Shown: in pieces, positions 8,790 to 17,969 of the stretch | Numbering within the stretch: the stretch's first letter is position 1 | Layout: each line of letters opens with the position of its first letter | From: an uncultured Candidatus Saccharibacteria bacterium | GTDB taxonomy: Bacteria > Patescibacteriota > Minisyncoccia > GWC2-36-17 > CAYHJU01 | Assembly: GCA_964357175.1 (NCBI GenBank) | Contig: CAYHJU010000002.1 | Coordinates: 598 to 64,597 of the forward strand | DNA: 64,000 nt | Direction: 5' to 3' | Notes under the pieces: model-generated | What the model was told of the DNA's origin: nothing | Seen by the model: only the letters and a program-made list of their open reading frames with translations | Database searches by the model: none | Made by a program: the position numbers and the translations under genes

Positions 8790-10169
8790 ATGAGTTGTGA
8801 ACAAATTTGGCAAATGGTATTAAGTGAACTTGAGCTGGTAATGCCCGAATCGAGTTTTCAGACATGGTTTCAAAACACCTCTATAAAATCTCTCTCTGGC
8901 GGAATGGCCACTATAAGCGTGCCCAATATTTTTACGAAGGGCTGGCTTGAAAAGAAATATTCGAAGGAAATTTTAAATATTTTAAAAAATTTAGATTGTG
9001 ACGCACGCGAAATAGAATATATTATAGACTACTCGCCAAAATCTTCCGTTTATAAAAATACTTCCAAAAAAACTAAAGCGCCTTCAAACAAAAACCTCGG
9101 CCATGTGGGAGACGATGATTTAAAACTCCCCGGGCTTAATATAGATGCCAAAACTGGATTGAACCCGAGATATGCTTTTGATAATTTTGTGGTCGGATCT
9201 TTTAACGAATTGGCACATGCGGCAGTTTCTGCTTCTGTGCAAAATTTAGGCGTTAGTTATAATCCGTTATTTATATATGGGGATGTGGGTCTTGGAAAAA
9301 CCCATTTAGTACAGGCCGCAGGAAATGAAATAAAAAGTTTATATCCTAATCTTTCTATCTTATATGTGCAGGCCGAAAAATTTACCACCGACTTGGTCCA
9401 CGCTCTTCAGCACCATAAGATGGACGATTTTAAGGAAAAATATCGTAGCATTGATGTTTTTATAATAGATGACATTCAATTTATAGCCAGAAAAGAGCAG
9501 ACCCAAATAGAGCTATTTTATACTTTTAATACCCTTTATGAAAAAAATAAGCAGATTATTCTAAGTTCCGACAGACCCCCGCGAGCGATTCCTGAATTAG
9601 AAGATCGTCTGCGTTCACGTTTTGAGGGTGGAATGATCGCTGACATCAGCGCGCCAAATTTAGAAACAAGAATCGCAATACTGAAAGAAAAGCTGGTTCA
9701 AAAAAACGCCTCGTTAGATGACGAGATTATAAACCACATAGCCAAAAATTTTGAAAACAATATACGCGAACTCGAAGGAGCTCTTATTAGAGTTTTGGGA
9801 TTGATAAAAATGACAAACACACTCCCGTCAGTCGAAATAATCTCGAGGTGGTTGCTCTCTACGTCTAGCCAATCAAATAAAAACATTTCATCTAAAAATA
9901 TTTTGGAGGTTGTTTCTGGTTTTTATGATATAGACGAAAAACTAATATTATCAAAAAGCCGAAGACAGGAAATAGTGAAGGCGCGTCAAGTTTCTATGTA
10001 TTTATTGAGAGAAATTTTACGTTTATCGCTTCCATCCATAGGCCAAAAATTGGGAAATAAAGATCATTCGACCGTTATTCATTCTATAGGCAAAATTGAA
10101 AACGGATTAAAAAAAGATGAAAATTTAATAGAAGAAATCAAAAAAATTAAACAAAAATTATACAAGTAA
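8790..10169 (+). CDS. dnaA: chromosomal replication initiator protein DnaA
   Basis: AAA+ Walker A 'GDVGLGKTHL'. DnaA-type C-terminal DNA-binding helix 'SRRQEIVKARQVSMYLLRE...LGNKDHSTVIHS'. The start was chosen at the 'MSCEQIWQMVLSELEL' DnaA domain-I-like N-terminus; an in-frame ATG at 8709 is an alternative. Confidence 0.9.
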   Translation: MSCEQIWQMVLSELELVMPESSFQTWFQNTSIKSLSGGMATISVPNIFTKGWLEKKYSKEILNILKNLDCDAREIEYIIDYSPKSSVYKNTSKKTKAPSNKNLGHVGDDDLKLPGLNIDAKTGLNPRYAFDNFVVGSFNELAHAAVSASVQNLGVSYNPLFIYGDVGLGKTHLVQAAGNEIKSLYPNLSILYVQAEKFTTDLVHALQHHKMDDFKEKYRSIDVFIIDDIQFIARKEQTQIELFYTFNTLYEKNKQIILSSDRPPRAIPELEDRLRSRFEGGMIADISAPNLETRIAILKEKLVQKNASLDDEIINHIAKNFENNIRELEGALIRVLGLIKMTNTLPSVEIISRWLLSTSSQSNKNISSKNILEVVSGFYDIDEKLILSKSRRQEIVKARQVSMYLLREILRLSLPSIGQKLGNKDHSTVIHSIGKIENGLKKDENLIEEIKKIKQKLYK

Positions 10170-10170
10170 A

Positions 10171-10266
10171 CCCCCACACCTAATTAATCTTAATGCGATA
10201 AAAAAATTATAAATATAAACAGAAAACATCTTGGACTGATACTAATTAAATTTTTAGGTGTGGGGG
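10171..10266. mobile_element. MITE-like palindromic element copy A (TIR CCCCCACACCTAATTAA / TTAGGTGTGGGGG, flanked by TAAA direct repeats)
   Basis: 10-17 bp terminal inverted repeats with an AT-rich interior. Identical flanking 4-mers at 10167-10170 and 10267-10270. It lies immediately after the dnaA stop codon. Confidence 0.6.
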
Positions 10267-10496
10267 TAAACCCTGTTTATTTCTTGTTATTATCTGTTTA
10301 AAATTAACTAATAAATGTTCCTTAAATAAAATTCAACCTATAAATCAACTGGTTTTATGTTTTAATAAACATTTTATCAACAAAATATTAGTTATTCATA
10401 CCCCATTTTATCAAGTAAATTAACCAAAAAAGAACTTTTTAAACTTATCAACATCCCCAATATACAACTACAACAAATATTTAATTAATTATTATT
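10267..10496. promoter_or_regulatory. candidate oriC (dnaA-dnaN spacer) with DnaA-box-like motifs and an AT-rich unwinding region
   Basis: TTATCAACA at 10374-10382 and 10445-10453. TTATCAAGT at 10408-10416. The interior is extremely AT-rich. Canonical dnaA-dnaN position. Confidence 0.5.
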
Positions 10497-11603
10497 ATGA
10501 TACAAGTCACTTTTACCAAAGATAATTTAATAAAAGGTTTACAAAAAGCCGAAAGATTTACTGGCAAAAACACAACTCTGCCAGTTTTATCTTCGGTATT
10601 ATTAAAAGTTGAAAAAAATAAAGTAAAGCTATATTCCACAGATCTTGAGGTGGGTGCAATATTTGAAGTTTCAGCTAAAACAGAAGAAACAGGTAGCGTG
10701 ATTATTCCAATTAAAAGCGTGATTCAATTTGTACAGAATATAAATAATTCCAATGTAATTTTTAAAATAAAAAAAGATAAATTGATAGTTGAGGGAGATA
10801 ATTACAAAACCTCATTTAATTGTTTAGAGGCGGAAGATTTTCCCGTTATACCGGACAACATAAAAGAAAAATTAATAAGCACAGAATCAGATAAAATGTT
10901 GGAAGGACTAATTAACACGGTTTCCATAATAAATTTTAATTCCAGTCGGCCTGAAATTTCCGGAGTTTTTATTTGTACTCAAAAAAACAGCATAAAGTTT
11001 GTTGGCACTGACAGTTTTAGATTAACAGAGATAGAAACTGCAATTGAACAAAAAAATGAAAAAGAAACATCTTTAATAATACCTTTAAAATTAGGACAGG
11101 AGCTGATAAAAATTTTCCAAGAAGAAAAAAACGAAATTGATATTTATTCAAACCAACATCAAATAATGGTTAAAAGTAAAAACTTTACGATAGTTTCACG
11201 CTTAATTGATGGTTCGTACCCACCCTATGAACAGATAATTCCACGCAATAATAAAACTAAGTTGATTTTAAATAAAAATTCTTTTAAAAAAGGATTAGAG
11301 ATGGCCAGTGTTTTCAGCGGAAAAACGAACGACATGAAATTTTCTTTTGATTTTGAAAAAAACATTTTAAAAATTTATTCTCAAAATAATGAAGTGGGTG
11401 ATTTCTCTTACGAAATAGATTTTGAAGGAGAAGGAGAGAGTCAGGAAATAGTTTTAAACTGGAAATTTTTTCTGGACGGTTTGAATAAAATTGAGGAGGA
11501 AAAATTTATTTTGGAAATTAACAGCGTCATTAGTCCAGTTATTATAAAAGGTCTAAAAAACAGTCACATGCTTTATCTCTTAATGCCCATAAGATCGGTG
11601 TAA
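10497..11603 (+). CDS. dnaN: DNA polymerase III beta sliding clamp
   Basis: N-terminus 'MIQVTFTKDNLIKGLQKAERFTGKNTTLPVLSSVLLKV' is typical of beta clamps. 368 aa. Directly after dnaA. Confidence 0.9.
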   Translation: MIQVTFTKDNLIKGLQKAERFTGKNTTLPVLSSVLLKVEKNKVKLYSTDLEVGAIFEVSAKTEETGSVIIPIKSVIQFVQNINNSNVIFKIKKDKLIVEGDNYKTSFNCLEAEDFPVIPDNIKEKLISTESDKMLEGLINTVSIINFNSSRPEISGVFICTQKNSIKFVGTDSFRLTEIETAIEQKNEKETSLIIPLKLGQELIKIFQEEKNEIDIYSNQHQIMVKSKNFTIVSRLIDGSYPPYEQIIPRNNKTKLILNKNSFKKGLEMASVFSGKTNDMKFSFDFEKNILKIYSQNNEVGDFSYEIDFEGEGESQEIVLNWKFFLDGLNKIEEEKFILEINSVISPVIIKGLKNSHMLYLLMPIRSV

Positions 11604-11631
11604 TTTATAGCCAAAATTTAAACTCTAACAC

Positions 11632-11910
11632 ATGTGGAATTCTTTAAATGATATTTTGCTTAAAAATAAACAACCCCAAATTAATGAAAAGGACATAAAA
11701 TTTTTCATTAATAATTATTTTTCAAGAAACTTTAGGGGCGTTTTGGAGGATTACGACGTGCTTTTAGAAGGTAAAAATATTATTATAAAAATACATGCTC
11801 AAAACCCACTAATATTTAAAGAAATATTAAACCGGAAACAAGAAATAAAAGAAAACATAGAAAGCGAGCTCAAGGTTAAATTTTCCTCCATAGAGATAAA
11901 AATTTTTTAA
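11632..11910 (+). CDS. small hypothetical protein downstream of dnaN (position typical of DUF721/YaaA-like proteins; not verified)
   Basis: 92-aa ORF followed by a terminator. The family call rests on position only. Confidence 0.3.
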   Translation: MWNSLNDILLKNKQPQINEKDIKFFINNYFSRNFRGVLEDYDVLLEGKNIIIKIHAQNPLIFKEILNRKQEIKENIESELKVKFSSIEIKIF

Positions 11911-11920
11911 TAAGATAAAT

Positions 11921-11957
11921 AAAATCTCCGCACTGCTAAGTGGTGCGGGGATTTTAT
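11921..11957. terminator. bidirectional rho-independent terminator
   Basis: aaaatctccgcac / gtgcggggatttt hairpin with a T-rich tail, between convergent genes. Confidence 0.55.
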
Positions 11958-14144
11958 TTATGGGCGTACTCCCAACCATTCATTTAATCCGTTTTCCCAA
12001 TTATCAAACTGGGGGTCAAGGCGTGGATTAAGCGGTGCAGGGCCTTGAGGGTCGTCTTTTTGTACATAATAAAGAGTGTTGTGCATTTCATTAACAACCC
12101 TTTCTTCTATTTGATCGGGTGGAGTATTTTCGTCAGCAATTTTTCCTGTTCTTTTATCTATTAAAATCGTATTTTGTTGCGTAGCGATTCCGTTAAGTAT
12201 AGGTTTTGTGCTTAAAATTTGATCAGGCGTTATGAAGTTTGTGTGTGGAAGATTTTCTAGGGCTGATAACATAATTTTATGGAAAATGGGTCCAGCCGCA
12301 GATATGCCGGCGCCCTCTTTGGTCATGGAGTCGCCGTTATTGTTTCCTACCCAAACCCCAACGACTATCTCCGGGGTATATCCCACAAGCCACGCGTCGC
12401 GATTGTTATCAGTAGTACCAGTTTTGGCGGCTAGTGGAATATCTTGAAAATAGAGATAGCTATTTGTTCCAAACATTGGTGCGCGTGCGATATTGTCTGA
12501 CAAAACATCTGTCACTTCGCGAGCCGTTTGAGGTTCTATGATTTTTTGGGGCGAGGTTTTATATTCAAATATCGTCTGGCCTTTTGAGTCAACTATTTTT
12601 TGAATCATAAAATAAGGCACGCCAACTCCTTCATTTGCAAAAACCCCATAAGCCTGAACCATTTCAATTAACTTAACTTCACATCCTCCCAAAACCAAAG
12701 AAAGCCCACACTGTGAATCGGTGTTGATGGTAGATATTCCAAAAGAATTGGCCAATTTAATAGTGTTATTTACTCCAGCCAGATACAACACTTCCACTGA
12801 AGGAACATTTAATGATTGAGCTAAGGCGTTTCGCATAGTCACTGGTCCGCGAAATCGCAGATCATAATTTTTTGGCATATAAGGAGTCGCTCCTGGTTCA
12901 GCAAAATTTATCGGTACATCAAAAAGTATGGTGCTGGGGGTGTATCCTTTGACAAAGGCCTGGGCATAAGCCAGTGGCTTGAAAGATGATCCTGGTTGTC
13001 TCAGTCCTTGAGTGGCAACATTAAAATTTCCTTCAAACTTGCAACTTTTTCCGGGTACGCAATTGACAGGGAGAGAGGGGGCGAAATAATCTCGCGATCC
13101 TATTAAAGCCAAAACCTCGCCTGTTTTTGGATTTTCTGCCACCATCGCCGCGTTAAAGGCATTATAGGCGCTTTCGTTTTTTTGCGCGCCTTCTAACACA
13201 ATTTTTTCAGCGTTTTTTTGCAGATTGTAGTCTAGCGTTGTGTAAACTTTAAGGCCTAGCTGATCAACTTGGGAGGCACCAAACATTTTTTCAAGCTGGT
13301 TTTTAATTTCCAAAACAAAATGTGGGGCCAATAAACTTTCGGTTTGTTGTGTAAATTCTATTTTTTCAGATAGCGCCTTTGATTTTTGTTTTTCGTTAAC
13401 AAAACCCAACTCTCCCATTCTGCTTAAAACATAATCCTTGCGGCTAAAAAGCTCCTGGGTGTGTGTTCCATAAGGAGAAAAATAGCTCGGTGCTTTTATT
13501 AAAGAGGCCAGTAGCGCCGCCTCATTTAAACTCAAATCTTTAGCATGCTTATTAAAAAAAGCTAAGGAAGCTGACTCTGCTCCATAGCTACTGGAGCCAA
13601 AAGGCACTTGGTTTAAGTACAGGGTTAATATTTCCTCCTTGGAGAAGCGTTTTTCTAGTTGAATTGCCAAAAGAGCCTCCTTGATTTTTCGTATAAGGGT
13701 TTTTTCGGGAGACAAAAAAGCATTTTTTACAAATTGTTGGGTAATAGTAGATCCTCCCTGGTCCATGTTTTTATTGGCGATATCACTAAGGGCGGCTCTT
13801 ATTATGGAGGATATGCTTATGCCGCTGTGACTATAAAAACCACCATCTTCGGCAGCCACTACGGCATCTTTTAGAAATTGGCTGATATTTTCAGAGTTTA
13901 CTACCGTTCTTTTTTCTTCTTTATGCACATCATAAAGAAGAATTTTGCCTGTGCGGTCATATATTTTAGTGGACTGTGTTATAGAGCGGCTACTTATTTG
14001 AGCGGGATCCGGAAGCGTTTTTATTAGGTATACCAAAAATATCAAAACAGAAATTAAACAGATTGTAACCAAAAACAGGGACAGAACAAAAAAAATGTTT
14101 TTATTTCCAAACACGTTATTTTTAAATTTCTTGAGGATATTCAT
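11958..14144 (-). CDS. class A penicillin-binding protein (bifunctional glycosyltransferase/transpeptidase, PBP1A-like)
   Basis: N-terminal TM. GT51 motif 'AAEDGGFYSHSGIS'. Transpeptidase 'SSFKP' active-site serine motif. Confidence 0.85.
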   Translation of the reverse strand: MNILKKFKNNVFGNKNIFFVLSLFLVTICLISVLIFLVYLIKTLPDPAQISSRSITQSTKIYDRTGKILLYDVHKEEKRTVVNSENISQFLKDAVVAAEDGGFYSHSGISISSIIRAALSDIANKNMDQGGSTITQQFVKNAFLSPEKTLIRKIKEALLAIQLEKRFSKEEILTLYLNQVPFGSSSYGAESASLAFFNKHAKDLSLNEAALLASLIKAPSYFSPYGTHTQELFSRKDYVLSRMGELGFVNEKQKSKALSEKIEFTQQTESLLAPHFVLEIKNQLEKMFGASQVDQLGLKVYTTLDYNLQKNAEKIVLEGAQKNESAYNAFNAAMVAENPKTGEVLALIGSRDYFAPSLPVNCVPGKSCKFEGNFNVATQGLRQPGSSFKPLAYAQAFVKGYTPSTILFDVPINFAEPGATPYMPKNYDLRFRGPVTMRNALAQSLNVPSVEVLYLAGVNNTIKLANSFGISTINTDSQCGLSLVLGGCEVKLIEMVQAYGVFANEGVGVPYFMIQKIVDSKGQTIFEYKTSPQKIIEPQTAREVTDVLSDNIARAPMFGTNSYLYFQDIPLAAKTGTTDNNRDAWLVGYTPEIVVGVWVGNNNGDSMTKEGAGISAAGPIFHKIMLSALENLPHTNFITPDQILSTKPILNGIATQQNTILIDKRTGKIADENTPPDQIEERVVNEMHNTLYYVQKDDPQGPAPLNPRLDPQFDNWENGLNEWLGVRP

Positions 14145-14295
14145 AATATATTAATTCTAACCAAAAACAGCTCTTTTTCAAGGCTTGTTCTGGTAAATAA
14201 AGAGACTCTCTTTTTTATTACGTCAAAAAATGTTTGTATATCGTTGCGGAAATATTAAAATTATGATATTCTAAATTCATCTAAACTCAAAAAAT

Positions 14296-15513
14296 ATGAC
14301 AAAGATAGATGTGGCTAAAATTGAAGAAGCGTTGACTAGGTCAATTGATACGGTATATCCAGATAAAAAATCTTTGGAAGGCGTTCTTAAATCCGGCAAA
14401 AAATTGAGAATTTATGTGGGCATAGATCCAACTGCCACCTATGTGCATTTAGGACACTCTACTAATTACATAATTTTAAAAAGATTTCATGAATTAGGGC
14501 ATAAAATTATAGTTTTAATCGGAGATTTTACCGCGATGATTGGAGACCCCAGCGATAAAAGTGCCGCTCGCAAGCATTTAACTAAAAAGGAAGTTTTGCA
14601 AAATCTTAAAACTTTCAAGCAACAGATTGGCAAAATTCTTAATTTTTCCGATAAAAAAAACCCGGTAGAATTAAGATTTAATTCCAAATGGCTGGCAAAA
14701 TTAAATTTTGAAGACGTGGTTGCTTTGGCGTCTAATTTTACGGTTCAACGAATGCTTGAAAGAGATATTTTCGAAAAGCGCATTAAGGAAAACAAACCTT
14801 TATATGTGCATGAATTTTTCTATCCGTTGATGCAGGGCTATGATAGTGTGGCGTTAAATGCCGACATTGAACTTGGCGGAACCGATCAAACGTTCAATAT
14901 GTTGGCTGGTAGGAATTTAGTAAAGATTTATCAAGGCAGAGAAAAGTTTGTCATTGCCTCCACTTTGCTAGAAAATCCTGTAACAGGTGAAAAATTAATG
15001 AGCAAAAGTTTGGGCACGGGCATAGCGTTAAATGATGAACCTAATGAAATGTTTGGTAAAACAATGACTTTGCCAGACGAAGCGATAATTCAATGTTTTA
15101 TTGATTGCACTTATTTATCAATGGACGAAATTCACAAAATGGAAACCGATCTAAAAAATGGCATTAATCCGCGTGACTTAAAACTAAAACTCGCTTATGA
15201 AATTACTAAAATGTATCATTCGGAATCCATCGCTAAAAAAGCGCAAGAATATTTTATAAAAACTTTCAGCAAGAAAGAAATGCCCAGCGAAGATGAAATG
15301 CCAGAAATAAAAGTCAAATCTCAAAATATCGTGGATATTTTAGTTGAGACAGGACTAGCCTCATCAAAATCTGAAGCTAAAAGATTAATTTTACAAAAAG
15401 GGGTGTCGCTCAACCAAAAAGTAATTGACAATTGGCAAGAGATTGCTAAAATAAGCGAAAATGATGTTTTGAGGGTGGGCTCCAGGAGATTTGTGCGTTT
15501 AAAATTAAAATAA
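14296..15513 (+). CDS. tyrS: tyrosine--tRNA ligase
   Basis: Class I 'HLGH' in 'YVHLGHSTNY' and 'KMSKS'-type 'KLMSKSLG'. C-terminal S4-like domain 'KSEAKRLILQKGVSLN'. Confidence 0.85.
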   Translation: MTKIDVAKIEEALTRSIDTVYPDKKSLEGVLKSGKKLRIYVGIDPTATYVHLGHSTNYIILKRFHELGHKIIVLIGDFTAMIGDPSDKSAARKHLTKKEVLQNLKTFKQQIGKILNFSDKKNPVELRFNSKWLAKLNFEDVVALASNFTVQRMLERDIFEKRIKENKPLYVHEFFYPLMQGYDSVALNADIELGGTDQTFNMLAGRNLVKIYQGREKFVIASTLLENPVTGEKLMSKSLGTGIALNDEPNEMFGKTMTLPDEAIIQCFIDCTYLSMDEIHKMETDLKNGINPRDLKLKLAYEITKMYHSESIAKKAQEYFIKTFSKKEMPSEDEMPEIKVKSQNIVDILVETGLASSKSEAKRLILQKGVSLNQKVIDNWQEIAKISENDVLRVGSRRFVRLKLK

Positions 15514-15659
15514 TCCGGCACCTTCTGAATAATTTTATTTACAAAAAGACAGGCGATAAAGAACGGTGTTTCTTGGAGTTTAATATGTAGCAAAACAAGA
15601 AGATGCCGGACCAAAGGTCGACACATTCATTTTTACTTGCTAAAACTTAGAATAATTTA

Positions 15660-15753
15660 CCCCCACACCTAATTAATACAAAACCTTTAATTAAGATTTT
15701 TGGGAAAATGTTACCTAAATTTTAATACTTTGCGTGTTAATTAGGTGTGGGGG
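15660..15753. mobile_element. MITE-like palindromic element copy B (same TIR as copy A, flanked by TTTA direct repeats)
   Basis: CCCCCACACCTAATTAATA ... TGTTAATTAGGTGTGGGGG. Flanking TTTA at 15656-15659 and 15754-15757. Confidence 0.6.
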
Positions 15754-15766
15754 TTTAGCATAAATT

Positions 15767-15967
15767 ATGGCAGAAGACCAACAAGATGACGCTTTAAATG
15801 AAGATGGAATGGCTGGATGGGGTTCTAGTGGCGAAAATAGTGATCTGGATGGTGGTACAAGCGTTAAAAAAACAAAAAAAGTGTCAGATGACGAAGATGA
15901 TGATGGCGAATTTTCAATAGACGATCCTGATACGGACGACGAACTAGAGGACGAAGAAATAGTGTAG
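15767..15967 (+). CDS. small highly acidic (D/E-rich) protein, hypothetical
   Basis: 66-aa ORF, about 40% Asp+Glu. Bracketed by MITE copy B upstream and a GC palindrome downstream. Confidence 0.35.
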   Translation: MAEDQQDDALNEDGMAGWGSSGENSDLDGGTSVKKTKKVSDDEDDDGEFSIDDPDTDDELEDEEIV

Positions 15968-15973
15968 TTTAAA

Positions 15974-16003
15974 CCCCCCCCACCTACACGTAGGTGGGGG
16001 GGG
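15974..16003. repeat. 30-bp near-perfect GC palindrome CCCCCCCCACCTAC-AC-GTAGGTGGGGGGGG (hairpin/terminator; resembles back-to-back MITE TIRs)
   Basis: 14-bp stem including a C8/G8 run. It sits between convergent genes (acidic ORF + and ruvC -). Sequence is related to the MITE TIR CCCCCAC(A)CCTA. Confidence 0.55.
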
Positions 16004-16036
16004 TTGTATAAAATTCAAAGTGGAAAACTTATGCTT

Positions 16037-16519
16037 TTACCTTTTTAGGTTTACATTTGTTTGTGCTAGGCAAATGGCTATAGCTATCGCATCTGCGGCG
16101 TCGTCCGGTTTTGGGATTTCTGACATTTTTAAAATTACCTTAACCATTTGTTGGACTTGTTTTTTTTCTGCCCTGCCATATCCTGTCACAGCTATTTTTA
16201 CCTCAAGGGGCGTGAACATATAAATGGGCAGGCCAAAACTTTCACACTCTGCCAACATCACTCCTTGGGCTTGAGCAACCTCAATTACCGTCTTAGCATT
16301 TTTTTGAAAAAATATTTTTTCCATTGAAACAAGATCAGGTTTATATTTTTTTAATAATTCCTGCAGTTTGTTTTTTATAAAAAAAAGCCGCTCATTTTGT
16401 TTTTTTGTTTTGGGCAAATCCAAACACCCATATGATACTAAAGATAAGATGTTTTTTTGCTTATCCAAAACTCCATATCCTACCAAAGTTGTTCCTGGGT
16501 CAATTCCTAAATATCTCAT
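16037..16519 (-). CDS. ruvC: crossover junction endodeoxyribonuclease RuvC
   Basis: 'MRYLGIDPGTTLVGYGVL' RNase-H-fold N-terminus. Acidic catalytic residues are conserved. Confidence 0.85.
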   Translation of the reverse strand: MRYLGIDPGTTLVGYGVLDKQKNILSLVSYGCLDLPKTKKQNERLFFIKNKLQELLKKYKPDLVSMEKIFFQKNAKTVIEVAQAQGVMLAECESFGLPIYMFTPLEVKIAVTGYGRAEKKQVQQMVKVILKMSEIPKPDDAADAIAIAICLAQTNVNLKR

Positions 16520-16537
16520 AATTATAGTTAAATAAAA

Positions 16538-17263
16538 TCAATCGGTGGCCGACATGTTGGTCGTTACCTCTTGAACGTCGTCCATATCCTCGAGTTTTTC
16601 TATAAGTTCTTCGTTTTTTATTAAATCCTCTTTGTTTATAGTGGCCAAGTTTTTCGGCACAAAACCCAAAGACGAAGATTTTACTTTAATTCCTAAGTCG
16701 TTCACGTTTTTTTTCAACACCTCGGTATTTTGGGGATTTGTGACCAGTAAAATTTCTTCTTCAAAATCAAAAACGTCATCCGCCCCGGCTTCTATGGCCT
16801 CGAGCTCTAAATCTTCATGATTTTTATTTTCAGGATCAACGAGCACTTTTCCTACTTTTTCAAACATCCACAAAACAGAACCTTCGTTGGCCATTTTTCC
16901 TCCGCTAAGCTCCAAAACATGCCTTATCTCAGGAATGGTTCTATTTCTATTATCTGTGATGGCTTCAATTATTAAAGCGGTCCCGCCCGGGCCATATCCT
17001 TCAAGTAAAATTTCTTGAAGTTGGGCGCTTGTTCCTTTGCCAACACCCCTATCAATAGCCCGTTCAATATTTAAGGCGGGCATATTTACCGCGCGAGCCC
17101 TATCTATGGTCAGGCGCAACTTGGCGTTGGACGATGCGTCACCTCCACCTTCACGCGCCGCAAGAGCTATAACTTGGCCCATTTTGGTAAAAACCTTGGC
17201 TCTCTTTACATCCTCAACTCCCTTTTTTCTTTTAATTTGTGACCATTTAGAATGTCCAGACAT
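16538..17263 (-). CDS. yebC: YebC/PmpR-family probable transcriptional regulatory protein
   Basis: 'MSGHSKWSQIKRKKG' signature N-terminus. The start was moved to the internal ATG at 17263, verified by hand. This removes the overlap with the upstream gene. Confidence 0.85.
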   Translation of the reverse strand: MSGHSKWSQIKRKKGVEDVKRAKVFTKMGQVIALAAREGGGDASSNAKLRLTIDRARAVNMPALNIERAIDRGVGKGTSAQLQEILLEGYGPGGTALIIEAITDNRNRTIPEIRHVLELSGGKMANEGSVLWMFEKVGKVLVDPENKNHEDLELEAIEAGADDVFDFEEEILLVTNPQNTEVLKKNVNDLGIKVKSSSLGFVPKNLATINKEDLIKNEELIEKLEDMDDVQEVTTNMSATD

Positions 17264-17331
17264 ATGTAAGTAGTTAGAATCTAGCAAATAGAAGTTTATA
17301 AAAATTTTACAGATCCCGCTTACTATTTTCT

Positions 17332-17964
17332 TTATTGATTTTGTCTTTTTTTGGCTATATAAATCATCGCCAGTCCCGACACAAGAACAATTCCTGAAAT
17401 AACCCAAACCACAATCACAAAACTATTTCCAGAAGATGAAGGAGCTTGCTTGATAGATGGTGTGGGCGACAAAGACACGGCGCCCGGCTTTAGTTCGCAG
17501 TCGCTGGGACAATTAACTTTTGTTTCTCCTAAAGATGCCTCGCAGGTTTTATTATAATTACACAAATTCCAAATTGATAAAGAAATCATTTTTTTTCCAT
17601 TTTCGTTAGAGATTTCCGCACGATCAGTTTTTTCGTCAAAAGGTGTAACAATCGTTACAACGCCATTTTTTATTTCTGAATTACTTCCGCGTTGGTCTAC
17701 TCTTGCTGAAATTAATAGGTTGTTATTCTTGTCATAAAGCGAAGCGGTGTATAGGGCATAAGACCTGGCAGGAGAAACAAAATTGGCAGTGGACGGCTCT
17801 ATTGTGAGCTCTGAAAACTCCTCTCCGTCCAATCTCAAATTTCCATTTTCATAATAAAGATGCAGCAAAAAAGATCCTTGATATTGCTCGGCTGCAAATA
17901 ATTGTGTGGCCGAAGAAAAAAAGAATAAAGTCAAAAGAATTAATGTTATTGTATTTTTTTTCAT
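17332..17964 (-). CDS. secreted/surface protein with signal peptide and C-terminal TM anchor, hypothetical
   Basis: Signal 'MKKNTITLILLTLFFFSSATQLFA'. C-terminal 'FVIVVWVISGIVLVSGLAMIYIAKKRQ'. Confidence 0.4.
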   Translation of the reverse strand: MKKNTITLILLTLFFFSSATQLFAAEQYQGSFLLHLYYENGNLRLDGEEFSELTIEPSTANFVSPARSYALYTASLYDKNNNLLISARVDQRGSNSEIKNGVVTIVTPFDEKTDRAEISNENGKKMISLSIWNLCNYNKTCEASLGETKVNCPSDCELKPGAVSLSPTPSIKQAPSSSGNSFVIVVWVISGIVLVSGLAMIYIAKKRQNQ

Positions 17965-17969
17965 AGAAA

